A DNA stretch of 64,000 nt from a virus: IMG/VR virus record IMGVR_UViG_3300021357_000002, positions 6,979 through 70,978 of that record, one strand, 5' to 3'. The notes under the pieces are model-generated. The model was given only the letters and a program-made list of their open reading frames with translations, did not search any database and was not told the origin of the DNA. The position numbers and the translations under genes are program-made. This document shows, one piece after another, positions 42,139 through 53,549 of the stretch; the stretch's first letter is position 1; each line of letters starts with the position of its first letter.

Positions 42139-45100
42139 ATGGCTACCGGATTTGAAAAAGAACAACAATTAGCTGGAGTTGGTTTACAAAAAACACAACA
42201 ACTAAATCAAGCCACTCAGCAGAAACAAGTAGAGATGGGTGCTCCTGTACCAGGAGTAGAAATTGATTTTCCTGTTGGTTCACCTGAGTATCTCAGAGGT
42301 GAAGAAGCTATTCGTTTGGCTAATCAACCAGATGTTTCTGCCATCAATAACTTTACTGTGCCTACTACACAGCCAATGACTCCTGAGATGCAGGCTAACC
42401 AATCTGCTATTGATGCTACCAAACCATTCTACAGAAGAATGATTGCTCCACAGGTTTCTCCTGAATTTGGTGGTACAGGCCCATTTGACTCATCACACCC
42501 TAACTATGAACAACGTGGTCAAGTAGCTAAGCCTTCTGATGCTGAACAATATCAGGCTGATTTAAGAGACATGCCTGTAACTGCTCTACAGCAAAAGTAT
42601 GGTCCTCAAGCGGCTAGAGATAAACTCGCTTTAAACATTGCACAAGCCAACACAGACCAGTTCCAGAATGCTTCTATGGAGCTTTCAGACATTGGTAATG
42701 CTGCTCAGGTATGGCTTGGTAATACTGCTCGTTTTGCTACTGGTTTAGGTAATTTAGCATTACAGAATACTCAGGACTTATTAGCTAATGCTACTGGTCA
42801 AGAAGACCAAGTAGGACAACCTACTCTGTTAGACCAAGCAGGTATTGATAAGCCATTAAAAGAATTCGTTGATGAACAACGTTCTCAGTATTCTCCCGCT
42901 GTTCAATATGAACAATCTGTTATTGAAGCTAATAAACAGAATTTTGAACAGGGTGGTGCAGCTAGAGAAGCTGCTGATATTGCTAAAGGTGATAATCCAT
43001 TAGTAGCTGGTGCTAAGGAACAATTACGTCAGTTCGTTAATACTGCTGAACAGTATGGGAATAGCCCAGGCGCATTAACTACTTTGATTGCAGAATCTGC
43101 TCCTGACTTATTGACTGGTGGTATCGTAGGTAAGTTAGCTACCCGTGGCGCTCTTAAGCAATTAGCTCAAGAGTATGGAGATGATTTTGCTACTAAATTA
43201 GCTGCTACTGAGTTTGGTAGAAAGCGTCTACAAGATGCTGCTGAGAGAGCATTCATTGGTTATGTTGGCTTCCAAGAAGCTGCTTCTAATACCCAGCAAA
43301 CAATTGATGAAATTAATGGCATGAGTGATGCTCAGTTAGCTGAGAAATCACCTATGTATCGTGACCTTATTGCAGAAGGTGCTACACCATCTCAAGCTAG
43401 AAGTCAGGTACGTACTCAAGCAGGTAACATTACCGCTACTGTTGCAGGTACTTTAGGTGCATTAACTGGTAAGGTTGCTGCTCCATTTGAATCACGTCTG
43501 TTATCACCATCTTTACTGGAAGGTAAAGGATTACTGGCTGCATCTTCAAGGGTTTCACAGAATGCTGCTAAAGAGACTGTTGAAGAAGCATTACAAGGCG
43601 CTAGTGGTCAGTTCGCTTCTAATCTTGGGGTACGTAGCGCTGCTGACGAATCTCAATCCCTTATTGAGGGTATTGGTTCAAACGTTGCTGAATCTGCTAT
43701 TGCTGGTGCGGGTATGGGTGCTGCTGGTTCAGTTATTAGTGAGACACCTAGAGCAATCCAAGAAGGAGTTCAACAAGGTCGTACAGCATTTGATGCAAGA
43801 CAGACTCGTAGAGCTGAAGGCAGAGCACAAGACTTTAGAGATACTGTATCTGCTGCCAATGAATCAGTTAAACAGTCTGCCCCGCAAACTGATACTGAAA
43901 CAACGGTAGAACCAGTTACAACTAAAGCTGTTGATGCTGTTACTGAACCTGCTGCTAAGGAAGTATTTAAAGCTATCCCAGAAGAAGAAATCAGTTCTCC
44001 TGATTCTATTCTGAGAATCTCTCGTGCCATTAAAGAACGTAATCTGGATGAAGCTTCTCGTAGAGATTTAGCTACTGTTGGTAACAGTGTTATCTCTGCG
44101 TATGAAGAAGCATTACCTCAGATTCAGGCACAGATGGATGCTGCTCCAGAAGACCAGAAAGCTCAGTACCAGACTGCTATTGATAATATCAATGCTGTAC
44201 TGAATCATCCTGATGTACAGGCAGTTAAGACTACTGCTGAAGGATTTAAACTGACTCCTGATGAAATGACTAAAGTCATGGAATCATTACCTTCTGAAAT
44301 TACTCCAGAGACTTATCAATCTCCTGAAGTTCAGAAGAATGTTAAATCTGTTCTGGCTCAGATGAACTTAGATGCATCTTCTATTACTCCGGATGTAGCT
44401 GACCGTTTAGTTAACTCTGCTGATACTCTTGGTTTAAGTCAGCAAGATGTAGATAAACTGAAGGTTATCTCTGCTACTGGTAAAGCAATGAGCCAAGTAG
44501 GTAAAGATGTACGTGAAGGTTCTGATGGTTTCATCGGTATCCAACAGTATCAGCAGGGTATCTTCCGTGCATTGTCATTAGGTGATACTGCTCGTGCTCA
44601 GGGTCTGTTAGACCACTTGAATCGCTTTGCTGAACATATGGAAACTAAGGCTAATGCCTTTGAACAAGCTGCTCAGAACTTTACTGGTAACCAGCCTGTA
44701 GAAGTAATTAATCCTACTACTGGTCAACCATATCTGTCTCTTGATGGAAATCCAATGACATACCATCCGGTACGTTCTAAAGGATTAATCCAAGAGATTC
44801 GTAATGATGCTAATGCTGTGCGTCAGGCTCATACCATCACTGGTCAACTGGTAGGTGGTCAACCTGTAGATATTCCTGTTCAGTCTCAGCCTATGGCTAC
44901 TGAAGAAGTGAATCAGACTCAGGATACTACAGAAGCTCCTGTAGAGACTTCTGAGCAGATTTCTCAGGAAGAGGTACAAACACCAGTTGAGACTACAGAA
45001 ACACAGCCGGAGGCTGTTGTAGAAGCTCCTATAGATGCTCCTGTTCAAGGTGAACTGTTTGAGAAACCAGAAACTGTAGAATCAGATATTCAGGTACAGG

Positions 45101-48100
45101 AAAAACCTACTGATGTAGAAACTGACCTGATGGATGAGTCTCAATTAGACCTTGGTTTAGAGAAAGGTGTTAACTATGACATTCTGAATGGACTGCAAGC
45201 AGAGACAGTACGCTCTGATGCTAAATCTACTTCTGATATAGATAAAGAATATCAGGCTACTAACCAAGTTAAGAAATGGTTTAAGCCTACCGGTAAACGT
45301 TCAGCTTTCCTGAGAACTTCTAATTTCTCTGGGAGACTTAATAGCATCTTTACTAATGGTTCTAATCCTATTACTCAGATTCAGAATCTGTTTAAAGGCT
45401 ATATCAAACCAGAACAAGTAACTGAGAAAGAAGTAAATGTACTTCGTCAGTTTGCTGGATTAGTTCCTGCTATTGAACAATCTCTGATTCAATCTTGGGG
45501 TAAATTAACTTCTGAAGGTCAGCGTATCTTCTGGGAAACATATCCTGTTGAGTATTTTGATGAAATAAGAAATATCAATGGTGAAAATGTTTACTTCTTA
45601 CCTCAACCAGTAATTGAAGCAATGACTGCTGGTTTGATGCAATGGTTTGTACGCAATGCATCTGAAACTACATTCAATGATGACCGTACAGTAATGGATA
45701 TTCTTGGTTTAGATAACAAGACTAAGCCAACTGTAGAACAGACTGATTTACTGCGTAATGTTGGTACTGACCGTCAGAATGTTATTGATGATTTAAGCAG
45801 AGAAATCTTTGGAGTATTGGGTATCAATGCTGACCCAAATGCACCAATCTCTGTACGTGATGCTGTGTCTAAAGCAATGGCATCTGAAGTATTGAACGTA
45901 ATGATTAATGCTAATCTGGTTCAGGAATCTGTCGTTAAGAACTCTGAATTAGCTGCTGTTGGTTCTACTAAAGTAAATGACTCAAACATGAAGAACTCTC
46001 GTGTATTCATTCGTATGAATGAAGAGTCAGAAGCTGCTACTCGTTTAGTAGAATTAATGCAGAATTCTAATGACCTATTAGGTCAACTGACTAATCCTCA
46101 GAGAGAAAGAGCAGGTGCATACTTTGGTACTCCTCCTAAAGGTCAGAGCACTAAAGTTAAGAATGGTGGTGGTCAGGATATCCCTGAGAAGATGCTTGCT
46201 GCTCGTAACAAAGCCAGTAAACAGCCTCACTTCATTAACATGGGTTTACATGACCTGATGCTAGATAAGTTAGGTACTCAATGGATTGGTAGAATGTTAG
46301 GCATTCAGTCAGAAGAGAATGCTAACGGTGCTCACCTGAAATCTATTCAGGGTTCTAACCGTACCATTGAAAGAGATATTAATACTTTGGTTAATGGTTT
46401 AACTCGAATGGTTGAAGCTGGATTACCTTTGGCTACCACTCCTGTTTACTTTGGTTATAACGTAATTAGTAACTTCCGTATGATGCTTAACTCTGGTGAC
46501 CTGAATCCTCAGTCAGCTAAGTTACATCGTGAACTGGTTACTGTTGAACCATCTACCATTGAACTGAATAACCCTCAGCATGGGGCATTCCTTGATTATG
46601 CAATTGCTCAGGGTTTGGATATTGCTGTTGATAAGCTGTCTTCTGAAACAGCCAGGGATAGTCTGAATAAAGCTATCAGTACTGGCCTGTTTAGAGATGC
46701 CATCAACATCTTAAAAGCTGCTGAGCATCAGGATGCTATCAGTGATAGTGATGCTGAGACTCTGTTAAAGGCTGTTAAAGCAGGTAAGGAGAAGACTAAA
46801 ACTCTTCATGCTCTGTATGCACAGGCACAGTATGAACTGGCTGTAGAACAAGGTAAGACCTCATTCCAGACCCATGTAATGTTGGAGCTTGATGGTGTTA
46901 CTAATGGACCATTTAACTCTATTGTTCAGCTTGGTTTGAAAGATGTGAACCAAGACTTACTGAATAAATTGGAGAAGGGTGGTTTCTTCTATGGGCAGTC
47001 TGACCGTCTATATAATGATGCTGCTGAAGAACCGGGATTTTTAGACCTATATAAGACTGCTGCTGCTGGTAGTCAGCAATACATCAATAAAATGATGGAT
47101 TCAGTTAGAAATATTCCTAACCGAATTGCTGCAATGAAGAATAAACCACGTCAATTCCAGCAGAAAGAGATGCGTGAAATTGAACGTCTGAAAAATCAGA
47201 TGCGAGTTACTCTTGCTGCATCCAAATTGATTGGTGATGTGAACATTATTGAAGGTGAAAATGTAGACCATCCAATTAGGATTAATCGTGGTTTACTTAA
47301 GAATCCAGTAACAGTAACTGTTTACTCTGGTGGTGCTACTGCAATCAATAGAAAGATTGCTATGGGTATTGCTAATGGATATTACGAAGCAATCACAGAA
47401 GCATTGAGAGCAGTTGATGCAGCTACTAATCAGGAAGAACGTGATGCTGCCATTGAACATATCAATGACTTAACTAACACAACTAATGAACTGACTACTG
47501 CTCGGGTATTCAGAAATGGTTCTTGGGTTCAGATTGGTTCACCTATTAACTTAGGTCAGGATGTGACTAAGTTTGAATTTACTGGTGAACAAATCGAAGC
47601 CATTACTCAGAACATTAAGATTGGTATTGGTGCAGCAGTAAACGAATCTATTGCCAATGAATTTGGTACTGTAGTTAATCGCGGCAAGATGATGGTCTAT
47701 GCTGCTGCTGTGATGCATGAAGTGTTCATGGCTCGTTGGAATAAAGAAGTAGAGAGATTAGAAACTGAACTTCGTAAAGAAGGTAAGTTATCTAAATATG
47801 AATCTCTATCCCAGCAACAGTACAACGACATTAAGAATTATTTGATTGGTTCAATGCCAATCTTTAACTCTTGGTTTACTGCTAACAACTTAGATGTTGA
47901 AAAGTTGAATGAAGGTATTCTTCTGAGTGAGGAAGGACGTATTCCATCTGATGTATACAGAATGGAATCCAGAGGTCGTAGAGAACTGGATGGTAAAATG
48001 CGTCGTTCTACTTTCGGTGTAGATATGCCTACTTATACTGAGCCTGGTACTCGTGTAATGCCTTTACTGGTTCAGTCTGTAGAAGCAGCTATGCAGGCTA

Positions 48101-51100
48101 TTGCTCGTGATATTAACCCTAATAATGCTCTGAACGTATTTGATGGTTACATCAATGCTGTATCTCATTTGGATACTGGTTCTCAGGCTATTAACCAAGG
48201 TGTCCTGCAAAGCTGGAATGAATTCGATTTACTGCAAGATTTCACTAACCGCTTTGAACAAGCAATGGATGGAGTGAATCTGGCAGAAGAATTAGGTCCA
48301 GAAGCAGATGCTCGTCTGGAACAGTCTTTCCGTGGAATCATGGAAATGATTGGTGCTGATGAAACTAATGCACCTACTAGCCCAGAAGTAGTTGAAGCAT
48401 TCACTACCCTACTTAAGAGAGAAGCTGCTACTCAGACTGCTATCAAACAAGGTCTGTTAGGTGGTGAGGCTGTTACTTCTATTAACCAGATGACTGGTGC
48501 TAACATCCCATTCAACGTTAAGAATGGTAAGCAGACTGATGTAGAATCAACTGATACCAGAACTCCTCTGGAACAGTTAGTAGCCAATACTGAATTACCT
48601 ACTATGGATTCTGTATCTCTGCCTAAAGGTAGAGTAACCATTCCTCCTACTCGTCAGATGACTGAGGCTCTGGGTAGAAATGGTAGAACTGTAAAAGGTC
48701 ATGAAGGTGTTAAAGTTCTGGCTAAAGATGATGTGGTTGCTGCTGTAAGAGAAGCAGCTAAATCTCTACCATCTCGTCAGAATAGAATCACAGGTTTCAT
48801 TCTGGATAAAATTGTTAACTCTATCCCTAATGATATTAATGTGTATGTAGGCTCACCAGAAGCTCTCTCAGACGTTCAACAGGAAATGACACCTGATACT
48901 AAGGTTGAGTTCAATGACACGTTCTTGGGGCTTACACAAGGCCAGAACATCTATATTGGTTCTCAGTCTATTGAGACAGTGATGCATGAGTTAATTCATG
49001 CTGCTACTGCTGATACTGTTCATAACTATTACAGCAATCCAGAAGCAATTACTCCTGCTCAGAGAGTAGAAGTAGCTTCAATTGAAGGACTGATGAATAA
49101 GTTTGTGAATGAGTATTCAAGTACCAATCCAGAGACTGATGCTGTAGTAGACCTGATTAATACTCATATCGCTTCTGGTGATATGGCTCAGGCTACTGCT
49201 GAGTTTATTGCATGGGGATTAGTTAACCCAAGAATGATTGATGCAATGACTCAGAAGACTATTGCTGGAACTGTGACTAATGTACTCAAACAGTTAGCTG
49301 ACTCTATTAAGCGTCTGTTTGCTATTGGCTCTAACCCAGATGTTACCTCTTACTGGTCACGTCTGTTAGGTCATACAGTTGCTTTAACTGATTCTACTAA
49401 TCCGGTTAAATCTAATGATGAAACTAGCTATGCTCAAACCAATGCTAATAATATCAATAGATTAGATGCAGAAACTCTGTTTAATAAACTAGATGCTGGT
49501 AAAGCTACGCAAGACCATGTGAATCATTTGACTGATACACTGGATTATCTCCAGTCGAATATTATTAAAGTGATTAAGAATACTGGTCAGCAAATCTCTG
49601 GTTTAGACCATTATCAGGAAAAACTTCTGGTAGATAGTATCGACCCTGAGATTGATAACTCTCCAAATGCATTAATTGCTCATGGATTTAATATGAGTGA
49701 GAAAGAAGCATTTGTGTTCAAGATGCTGCAAGTATCAATGAAATATGGTTTAGAGAACTTCTCTCCAAGTGTTCTGGTTGCGCGTAGTCTGTATGCACAA
49801 GCCAGAGATACATTGAAAGTAGAAGATTTCTTAACTGATGCTAATAACCGTTCAGCTACTGAGATGGCATTAGCTAAGCAAAGATATGATGCAGTATTTG
49901 GTAATACTGCTGTTACTACTGATGCTACTGGTCGTACTAATAGACTGGCTAACTTCATTGCACTGGCAGAAACCAATGAACAACTGAGAAATAAACTCTC
50001 TCAGATTAGTGTTAAACGTACTAAGCAGAATCAGGCTACTACTCTGAGAGAACGTATTGGCGATTTAACCAATGCTATTCTTACTTGGTTATCTGGTTTG
50101 GCTACTAAGTCTTTAAGAAATACTGATATTGCTTCTCGCTTATCTAAATTGGCTAAGAATATTAGTCATGTTGATAGTCAAGCCAGAGACAATCTGTTTG
50201 GTAGATTGGTTAGAGGTACTAAGGAAATCACAGATACTGCTCAGGATAAACTCAAATCCTTTGGTCACACTATCCGTAGACAGTTACTCAAGGTAGAGAA
50301 GAAAGTACCTAAGTCTGTAGCATTTGGTATTACTGCTGGTTCAGCAGTATTTAATGACCAAGATGCTCAGGATGTACGTGAAGCTATCACTAACATTTAT
50401 ATGACCATTCATCAGAATGGTAAATTAGGTATTGTTGCTGAACTAGTAAATGAATTCATTGGTTCTAATGAAACCAATAGTACTATTCATACCTTACTGA
50501 CTCAGAAGAATATGGCTGCTGATAGAGCACGTCAGATTATTCGTGAGATGGTTCCAGGCATGATTGAGAAGACGTTTGTATCTCTGAACCAAACAGAGAA
50601 AGAAGCTATTCAGAGAGTAGTTGCTAACACTGATATGGCTTATCTGTTTGCTAATGGATATGACTTGGCTCGACTGAATGAACTCTTAACCAATCCAACT
50701 GAACTGGCTAAAGAGATTGCTTCTATTGAATCTCAATTGCAGACAGCAGGTGCACAGAATGCCCCTTTCTATATTAAGTCTGCATATGGATTAGCTAAAC
50801 AGATGGTTCATGGAGTTAGCCCACTGGCTTATCAGTTACCTAACGCAGCAGCTATTGCTCGTTTAATTGGTACTAGCAGAGTTAGACCTAATGATGCAAC
50901 AGTTAATACTGTTACTCAGTTGGTTGATACTATGGCTTCTCTGGCAGCACTGAAAGAGTTATCTCAGACTGATATTGCTACTGTAAGTAATTTGATTATT
51001 AGAGAGATGACTAAAGGTGAACCAAATAATAATGGTATGACTTTCACTCTGAAATATTATTCTAGCTTACAGGGTGCAGAGTTAGCCAAGTCTGGTCAGA

Positions 51101-52887
51101 ACCAAGCATTAGCTGGGATTAAAGGATTTACTCCTACTCTGTCAGACCCTAACAAGAAAGTGATTATTGCATCTGTTAAAGATGAACCAATTTTATCTCG
51201 TAAGGGATACACCAGAGGTGCTCAGGTTGCTCGTGACCCACAGGATACTAACAAGGAACCAATGTATTACTACCATTCAAACAATGGTGGTGAACCTCGT
51301 TGGATTGCTGGTGTAATGAGTACCCTGCAAAACACCGTAGGTGGAGTGAACCCAATCACAGGTAGAACTGTGAATGGTGCTATGACTCCGGGTGTATGGA
51401 GAGCTACTGAGAAGAATAATTTATCTACGCGTAAGAGAAGCAGTATTGATAATTTATTTGATGCAAATGCTCCTATGCCTACTGGCAATAACTCATATAT
51501 GCAACCTGTATTGAATCGTGCTGGTTCAATTATGGGTTACTCATATCAGATGCCTAGAGCTAATAAAGAAGCACATCTGGATGTAGATAATGATTTCACT
51601 AAGGTAATCGGTGCTTGGGAAGGTCGTATTGCTGAGGAGATTCAGGCAGCCAGATACAATGAAATGTTGCTCCAAAGACTCCATGAAATGTATGTGAAAG
51701 ATGCCAGAGAAGGCAGAGCATACCAATACATTACTATGGATGAGAACTCTACAGACCATCAGTTAAAAGAAATTTATGAACTGATGCCTATTGAGATGAA
51801 GGAACAAGCTAAGAAGATTTGGCCTGATGGTAAGATTAAAGTACGTAAGGATTTACTGAATAACGCATTTGGTTATCGTGAACCTTCTGTACTGAATATG
51901 TGGACTGGTCAGACTGGATACTCCAAAGAGTTTCAGAAAGCTTTCACCAGCATTGCTGAAACCTTCTTAGGTAAGAATGCTGCTCGCTATCTGAGACTTG
52001 GTGAACGTGGTCTGATGGAGTTTGTGAAGGAGATGAAGGATTGGATTGTAGTTCGTTCAGTAGTTGTATCAGCAGCAAACATTCTGTCTAACATGGTTCA
52101 CTTGGCTACCGTTGGTGTAAGCCCTGTGACTATGGCTAAGGATATGTCTACTGCTGTACTGGCTGCTGAGGAGTACAGAAGAAATGAGAAACTGATTAAC
52201 GAGTATTCTCACTATCTGGCTGTAAACCATAATCCTAAAATGGCTGATGAATATCAGAGAAAGATTTCAGAACTGAAAGATTCTCAGGCTCGTAACCCTG
52301 TTGCTGATTTAATCAAAGCAGGTTTACTGCCTACCATTGCAGAGGATTTAGGACAGCAGGATAGCTATTCTCTGAAAGATAAATTACTTAACAAAATGGA
52401 TGAATACACCTCTGGTATCCCAGATAGTGTTAAACGTGTTGCTAAGGAAGTTACCCTTTCAAGGGATAGTAATGTGTACTTCTTACTGAATCGTTCAATT
52501 CAGTATGGTGACTTTGTTGCTAAGTATTCACTGTATAAACATTTGACTACCCGTAAGAGTAACCCGATGGATAAAGACAGTGCGCTTAACAGAGTGATGG
52601 ATGAGTTTGTGAACTATGATGTGTTACCAAGTCGTACCAGATTCTATCTGGATGCTATTGGTTTAACTTGGTTCCTGAACTATAAGATTCGTATCCAGAA
52701 AATCATTCTGAGAACGATTAGAGAAAATCCATTGAGAGCATTGTTCCTGATGTTTGGTAACAGTGTTGAATCTGGATTACCTAACATTACTGAAGCCAAC
52801 TTAGTAACCGGTAGTCTGAGCTATAACGTTGGAATGGGTACAGCATTGAATGGATTCACAGTACATCCTCTAGTGTCCCTGTACTAA
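42139..52887 (+). CDS. virion-encapsidated RNA polymerase (N4 gp50-like)
   Basis: 3582 aa; motif A ELDGVTNG, motif B RGLLKNPVTVTVYSGG, motif C NVFDG; no Cys seen on reading. Confidence 0.97.
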   Translation: MATGFEKEQQLAGVGLQKTQQLNQATQQKQVEMGAPVPGVEIDFPVGSPEYLRGEEAIRLANQPDVSAINNFTVPTTQPMTPEMQANQSAIDATKPFYRRMIAPQVSPEFGGTGPFDSSHPNYEQRGQVAKPSDAEQYQADLRDMPVTALQQKYGPQAARDKLALNIAQANTDQFQNASMELSDIGNAAQVWLGNTARFATGLGNLALQNTQDLLANATGQEDQVGQPTLLDQAGIDKPLKEFVDEQRSQYSPAVQYEQSVIEANKQNFEQGGAAREAADIAKGDNPLVAGAKEQLRQFVNTAEQYGNSPGALTTLIAESAPDLLTGGIVGKLATRGALKQLAQEYGDDFATKLAATEFGRKRLQDAAERAFIGYVGFQEAASNTQQTIDEINGMSDAQLAEKSPMYRDLIAEGATPSQARSQVRTQAGNITATVAGTLGALTGKVAAPFESRLLSPSLLEGKGLLAASSRVSQNAAKETVEEALQGASGQFASNLGVRSAADESQSLIEGIGSNVAESAIAGAGMGAAGSVISETPRAIQEGVQQGRTAFDARQTRRAEGRAQDFRDTVSAANESVKQSAPQTDTETTVEPVTTKAVDAVTEPAAKEVFKAIPEEEISSPDSILRISRAIKERNLDEASRRDLATVGNSVISAYEEALPQIQAQMDAAPEDQKAQYQTAIDNINAVLNHPDVQAVKTTAEGFKLTPDEMTKVMESLPSEITPETYQSPEVQKNVKSVLAQMNLDASSITPDVADRLVNSADTLGLSQQDVDKLKVISATGKAMSQVGKDVREGSDGFIGIQQYQQGIFRALSLGDTARAQGLLDHLNRFAEHMETKANAFEQAAQNFTGNQPVEVINPTTGQPYLSLDGNPMTYHPVRSKGLIQEIRNDANAVRQAHTITGQLVGGQPVDIPVQSQPMATEEVNQTQDTTEAPVETSEQISQEEVQTPVETTETQPEAVVEAPIDAPVQGELFEKPETVESDIQVQEKPTDVETDLMDESQLDLGLEKGVNYDILNGLQAETVRSDAKSTSDIDKEYQATNQVKKWFKPTGKRSAFLRTSNFSGRLNSIFTNGSNPITQIQNLFKGYIKPEQVTEKEVNVLRQFAGLVPAIEQSLIQSWGKLTSEGQRIFWETYPVEYFDEIRNINGENVYFLPQPVIEAMTAGLMQWFVRNASETTFNDDRTVMDILGLDNKTKPTVEQTDLLRNVGTDRQNVIDDLSREIFGVLGINADPNAPISVRDAVSKAMASEVLNVMINANLVQESVVKNSELAAVGSTKVNDSNMKNSRVFIRMNEESEAATRLVELMQNSNDLLGQLTNPQRERAGAYFGTPPKGQSTKVKNGGGQDIPEKMLAARNKASKQPHFINMGLHDLMLDKLGTQWIGRMLGIQSEENANGAHLKSIQGSNRTIERDINTLVNGLTRMVEAGLPLATTPVYFGYNVISNFRMMLNSGDLNPQSAKLHRELVTVEPSTIELNNPQHGAFLDYAIAQGLDIAVDKLSSETARDSLNKAISTGLFRDAINILKAAEHQDAISDSDAETLLKAVKAGKEKTKTLHALYAQAQYELAVEQGKTSFQTHVMLELDGVTNGPFNSIVQLGLKDVNQDLLNKLEKGGFFYGQSDRLYNDAAEEPGFLDLYKTAAAGSQQYINKMMDSVRNIPNRIAAMKNKPRQFQQKEMREIERLKNQMRVTLAASKLIGDVNIIEGENVDHPIRINRGLLKNPVTVTVYSGGATAINRKIAMGIANGYYEAITEALRAVDAATNQEERDAAIEHINDLTNTTNELTTARVFRNGSWVQIGSPINLGQDVTKFEFTGEQIEAITQNIKIGIGAAVNESIANEFGTVVNRGKMMVYAAAVMHEVFMARWNKEVERLETELRKEGKLSKYESLSQQQYNDIKNYLIGSMPIFNSWFTANNLDVEKLNEGILLSEEGRIPSDVYRMESRGRRELDGKMRRSTFGVDMPTYTEPGTRVMPLLVQSVEAAMQAIARDINPNNALNVFDGYINAVSHLDTGSQAINQGVLQSWNEFDLLQDFTNRFEQAMDGVNLAEELGPEADARLEQSFRGIMEMIGADETNAPTSPEVVEAFTTLLKREAATQTAIKQGLLGGEAVTSINQMTGANIPFNVKNGKQTDVESTDTRTPLEQLVANTELPTMDSVSLPKGRVTIPPTRQMTEALGRNGRTVKGHEGVKVLAKDDVVAAVREAAKSLPSRQNRITGFILDKIVNSIPNDINVYVGSPEALSDVQQEMTPDTKVEFNDTFLGLTQGQNIYIGSQSIETVMHELIHAATADTVHNYYSNPEAITPAQRVEVASIEGLMNKFVNEYSSTNPETDAVVDLINTHIASGDMAQATAEFIAWGLVNPRMIDAMTQKTIAGTVTNVLKQLADSIKRLFAIGSNPDVTSYWSRLLGHTVALTDSTNPVKSNDETSYAQTNANNINRLDAETLFNKLDAGKATQDHVNHLTDTLDYLQSNIIKVIKNTGQQISGLDHYQEKLLVDSIDPEIDNSPNALIAHGFNMSEKEAFVFKMLQVSMKYGLENFSPSVLVARSLYAQARDTLKVEDFLTDANNRSATEMALAKQRYDAVFGNTAVTTDATGRTNRLANFIALAETNEQLRNKLSQISVKRTKQNQATTLRERIGDLTNAILTWLSGLATKSLRNTDIASRLSKLAKNISHVDSQARDNLFGRLVRGTKEITDTAQDKLKSFGHTIRRQLLKVEKKVPKSVAFGITAGSAVFNDQDAQDVREAITNIYMTIHQNGKLGIVAELVNEFIGSNETNSTIHTLLTQKNMAADRARQIIREMVPGMIEKTFVSLNQTEKEAIQRVVANTDMAYLFANGYDLARLNELLTNPTELAKEIASIESQLQTAGAQNAPFYIKSAYGLAKQMVHGVSPLAYQLPNAAAIARLIGTSRVRPNDATVNTVTQLVDTMASLAALKELSQTDIATVSNLIIREMTKGEPNNNGMTFTLKYYSSLQGAELAKSGQNQALAGIKGFTPTLSDPNKKVIIASVKDEPILSRKGYTRGAQVARDPQDTNKEPMYYYHSNNGGEPRWIAGVMSTLQNTVGGVNPITGRTVNGAMTPGVWRATEKNNLSTRKRSSIDNLFDANAPMPTGNNSYMQPVLNRAGSIMGYSYQMPRANKEAHLDVDNDFTKVIGAWEGRIAEEIQAARYNEMLLQRLHEMYVKDAREGRAYQYITMDENSTDHQLKEIYELMPIEMKEQAKKIWPDGKIKVRKDLLNNAFGYREPSVLNMWTGQTGYSKEFQKAFTSIAETFLGKNAARYLRLGERGLMEFVKEMKDWIVVRSVVVSAANILSNMVHLATVGVSPVTMAKDMSTAVLAAEEYRRNEKLINEYSHYLAVNHNPKMADEYQRKISELKDSQARNPVADLIKAGLLPTIAEDLGQQDSYSLKDKLLNKMDEYTSGIPDSVKRVAKEVTLSRDSNVYFLLNRSIQYGDFVAKYSLYKHLTTRKSNPMDKDSALNRVMDEFVNYDVLPSRTRFYLDAIGLTWFLNYKIRIQKIILRTIRENPLRALFLMFGNSVESGLPNITEANLVTGSLSYNVGMGTALNGFTVHPLVSLY

Positions 52888-52917
52888 AAGAAAAGCCCCA
52901 AGGATGGGGCTTATTTT
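52886..52917. terminator. bidirectional terminator
   Basis: AAGCCCCA-AGGA-TGGGGCTT with A/T runs on both sides; convergent genes. Confidence 0.75.
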
Positions 52918-53153
52918 ACTAGAAGATATTTATCTACAGTGTATTCAATGAATAGACCTAGTTTTCCTTCCTGAAGTTCTTTTTTAACAATAGTGTTAAA
53001 CAGTTCTTCTTTTAAATCTCTTTCAATAGCTGCTATATCAATCAACTCTTCAGAAACTGAGGTAGGTAATTTATGCAATATTGTTGGAGTTTCAATTGGA
53101 AGCCAATCTTCAACTTTTACTCGTATAGAAGCGAAACCAATGGATTCATCCAT
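52911..53153 (-). CDS. hypothetical protein
   Basis: 80-aa ORF with GGAGG RBS. Confidence 0.6.
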   Translation of the reverse strand: MDESIGFASIRVKVEDWLPIETPTILHKLPTSVSEELIDIAAIERDLKEELFNTIVKKELQEGKLGLFIEYTVDKYLLVK

Positions 53154-53390
53154 TTAGTCCTCCTTCTTATCCTTCTTCCAGAAGAATTCTACATAAACAA
53201 TCATAGGCCAGAGTAAACTAAATACTCCTACCCAGAAGATAGCAGCAGGTACTTTGATAGCATAGTACAAAGCATCATTTGCAAACGCTTCTTTGATTCG
53301 TTTATTTTCAGCTTTAGCTTTCTCACTCTTTTCTCTGATGAAAAGAATGTAGATAGTTACTACTAAGCCAATTAAAAGCCAGATATACAT
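53154..53390 (-). CDS. membrane protein (2 TM)
   Basis: Hydrophobic segments; LLWP. Confidence 0.65.
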   Translation of the reverse strand: MYIWLLIGLVVTIYILFIREKSEKAKAENKRIKEAFANDALYYAIKVPAAIFWVGVFSLLWPMIVYVEFFWKKDKKED

Positions 53391-53536
53391 TACTCGTCTT
53401 CCTCTTCTGTTTGGTTAAGAGCCATATAGATGAACCAAAATATACCTGCTATCACAGCTACTGTTAATACTAGGGGCCATGCAAAGAAGACCCCTACTAT
53501 GAGAGCAGTAATGAAAGCAGCTTTAAGTGCTTTCAT
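53390..53536 (-). CDS. small membrane protein (48 aa, not in ORF track)
   Basis: MKALKAAFITALIVGVFFAWPLVLTVAVIAGIFWFIYMALNQTEEEDE*; AAGGAG RBS. Confidence 0.65.
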   Translation of the reverse strand: MKALKAAFITALIVGVFFAWPLVLTVAVIAGIFWFIYMALNQTEEEDE

Positions 53537-53549
53537 CTTGGCTCCTTAA

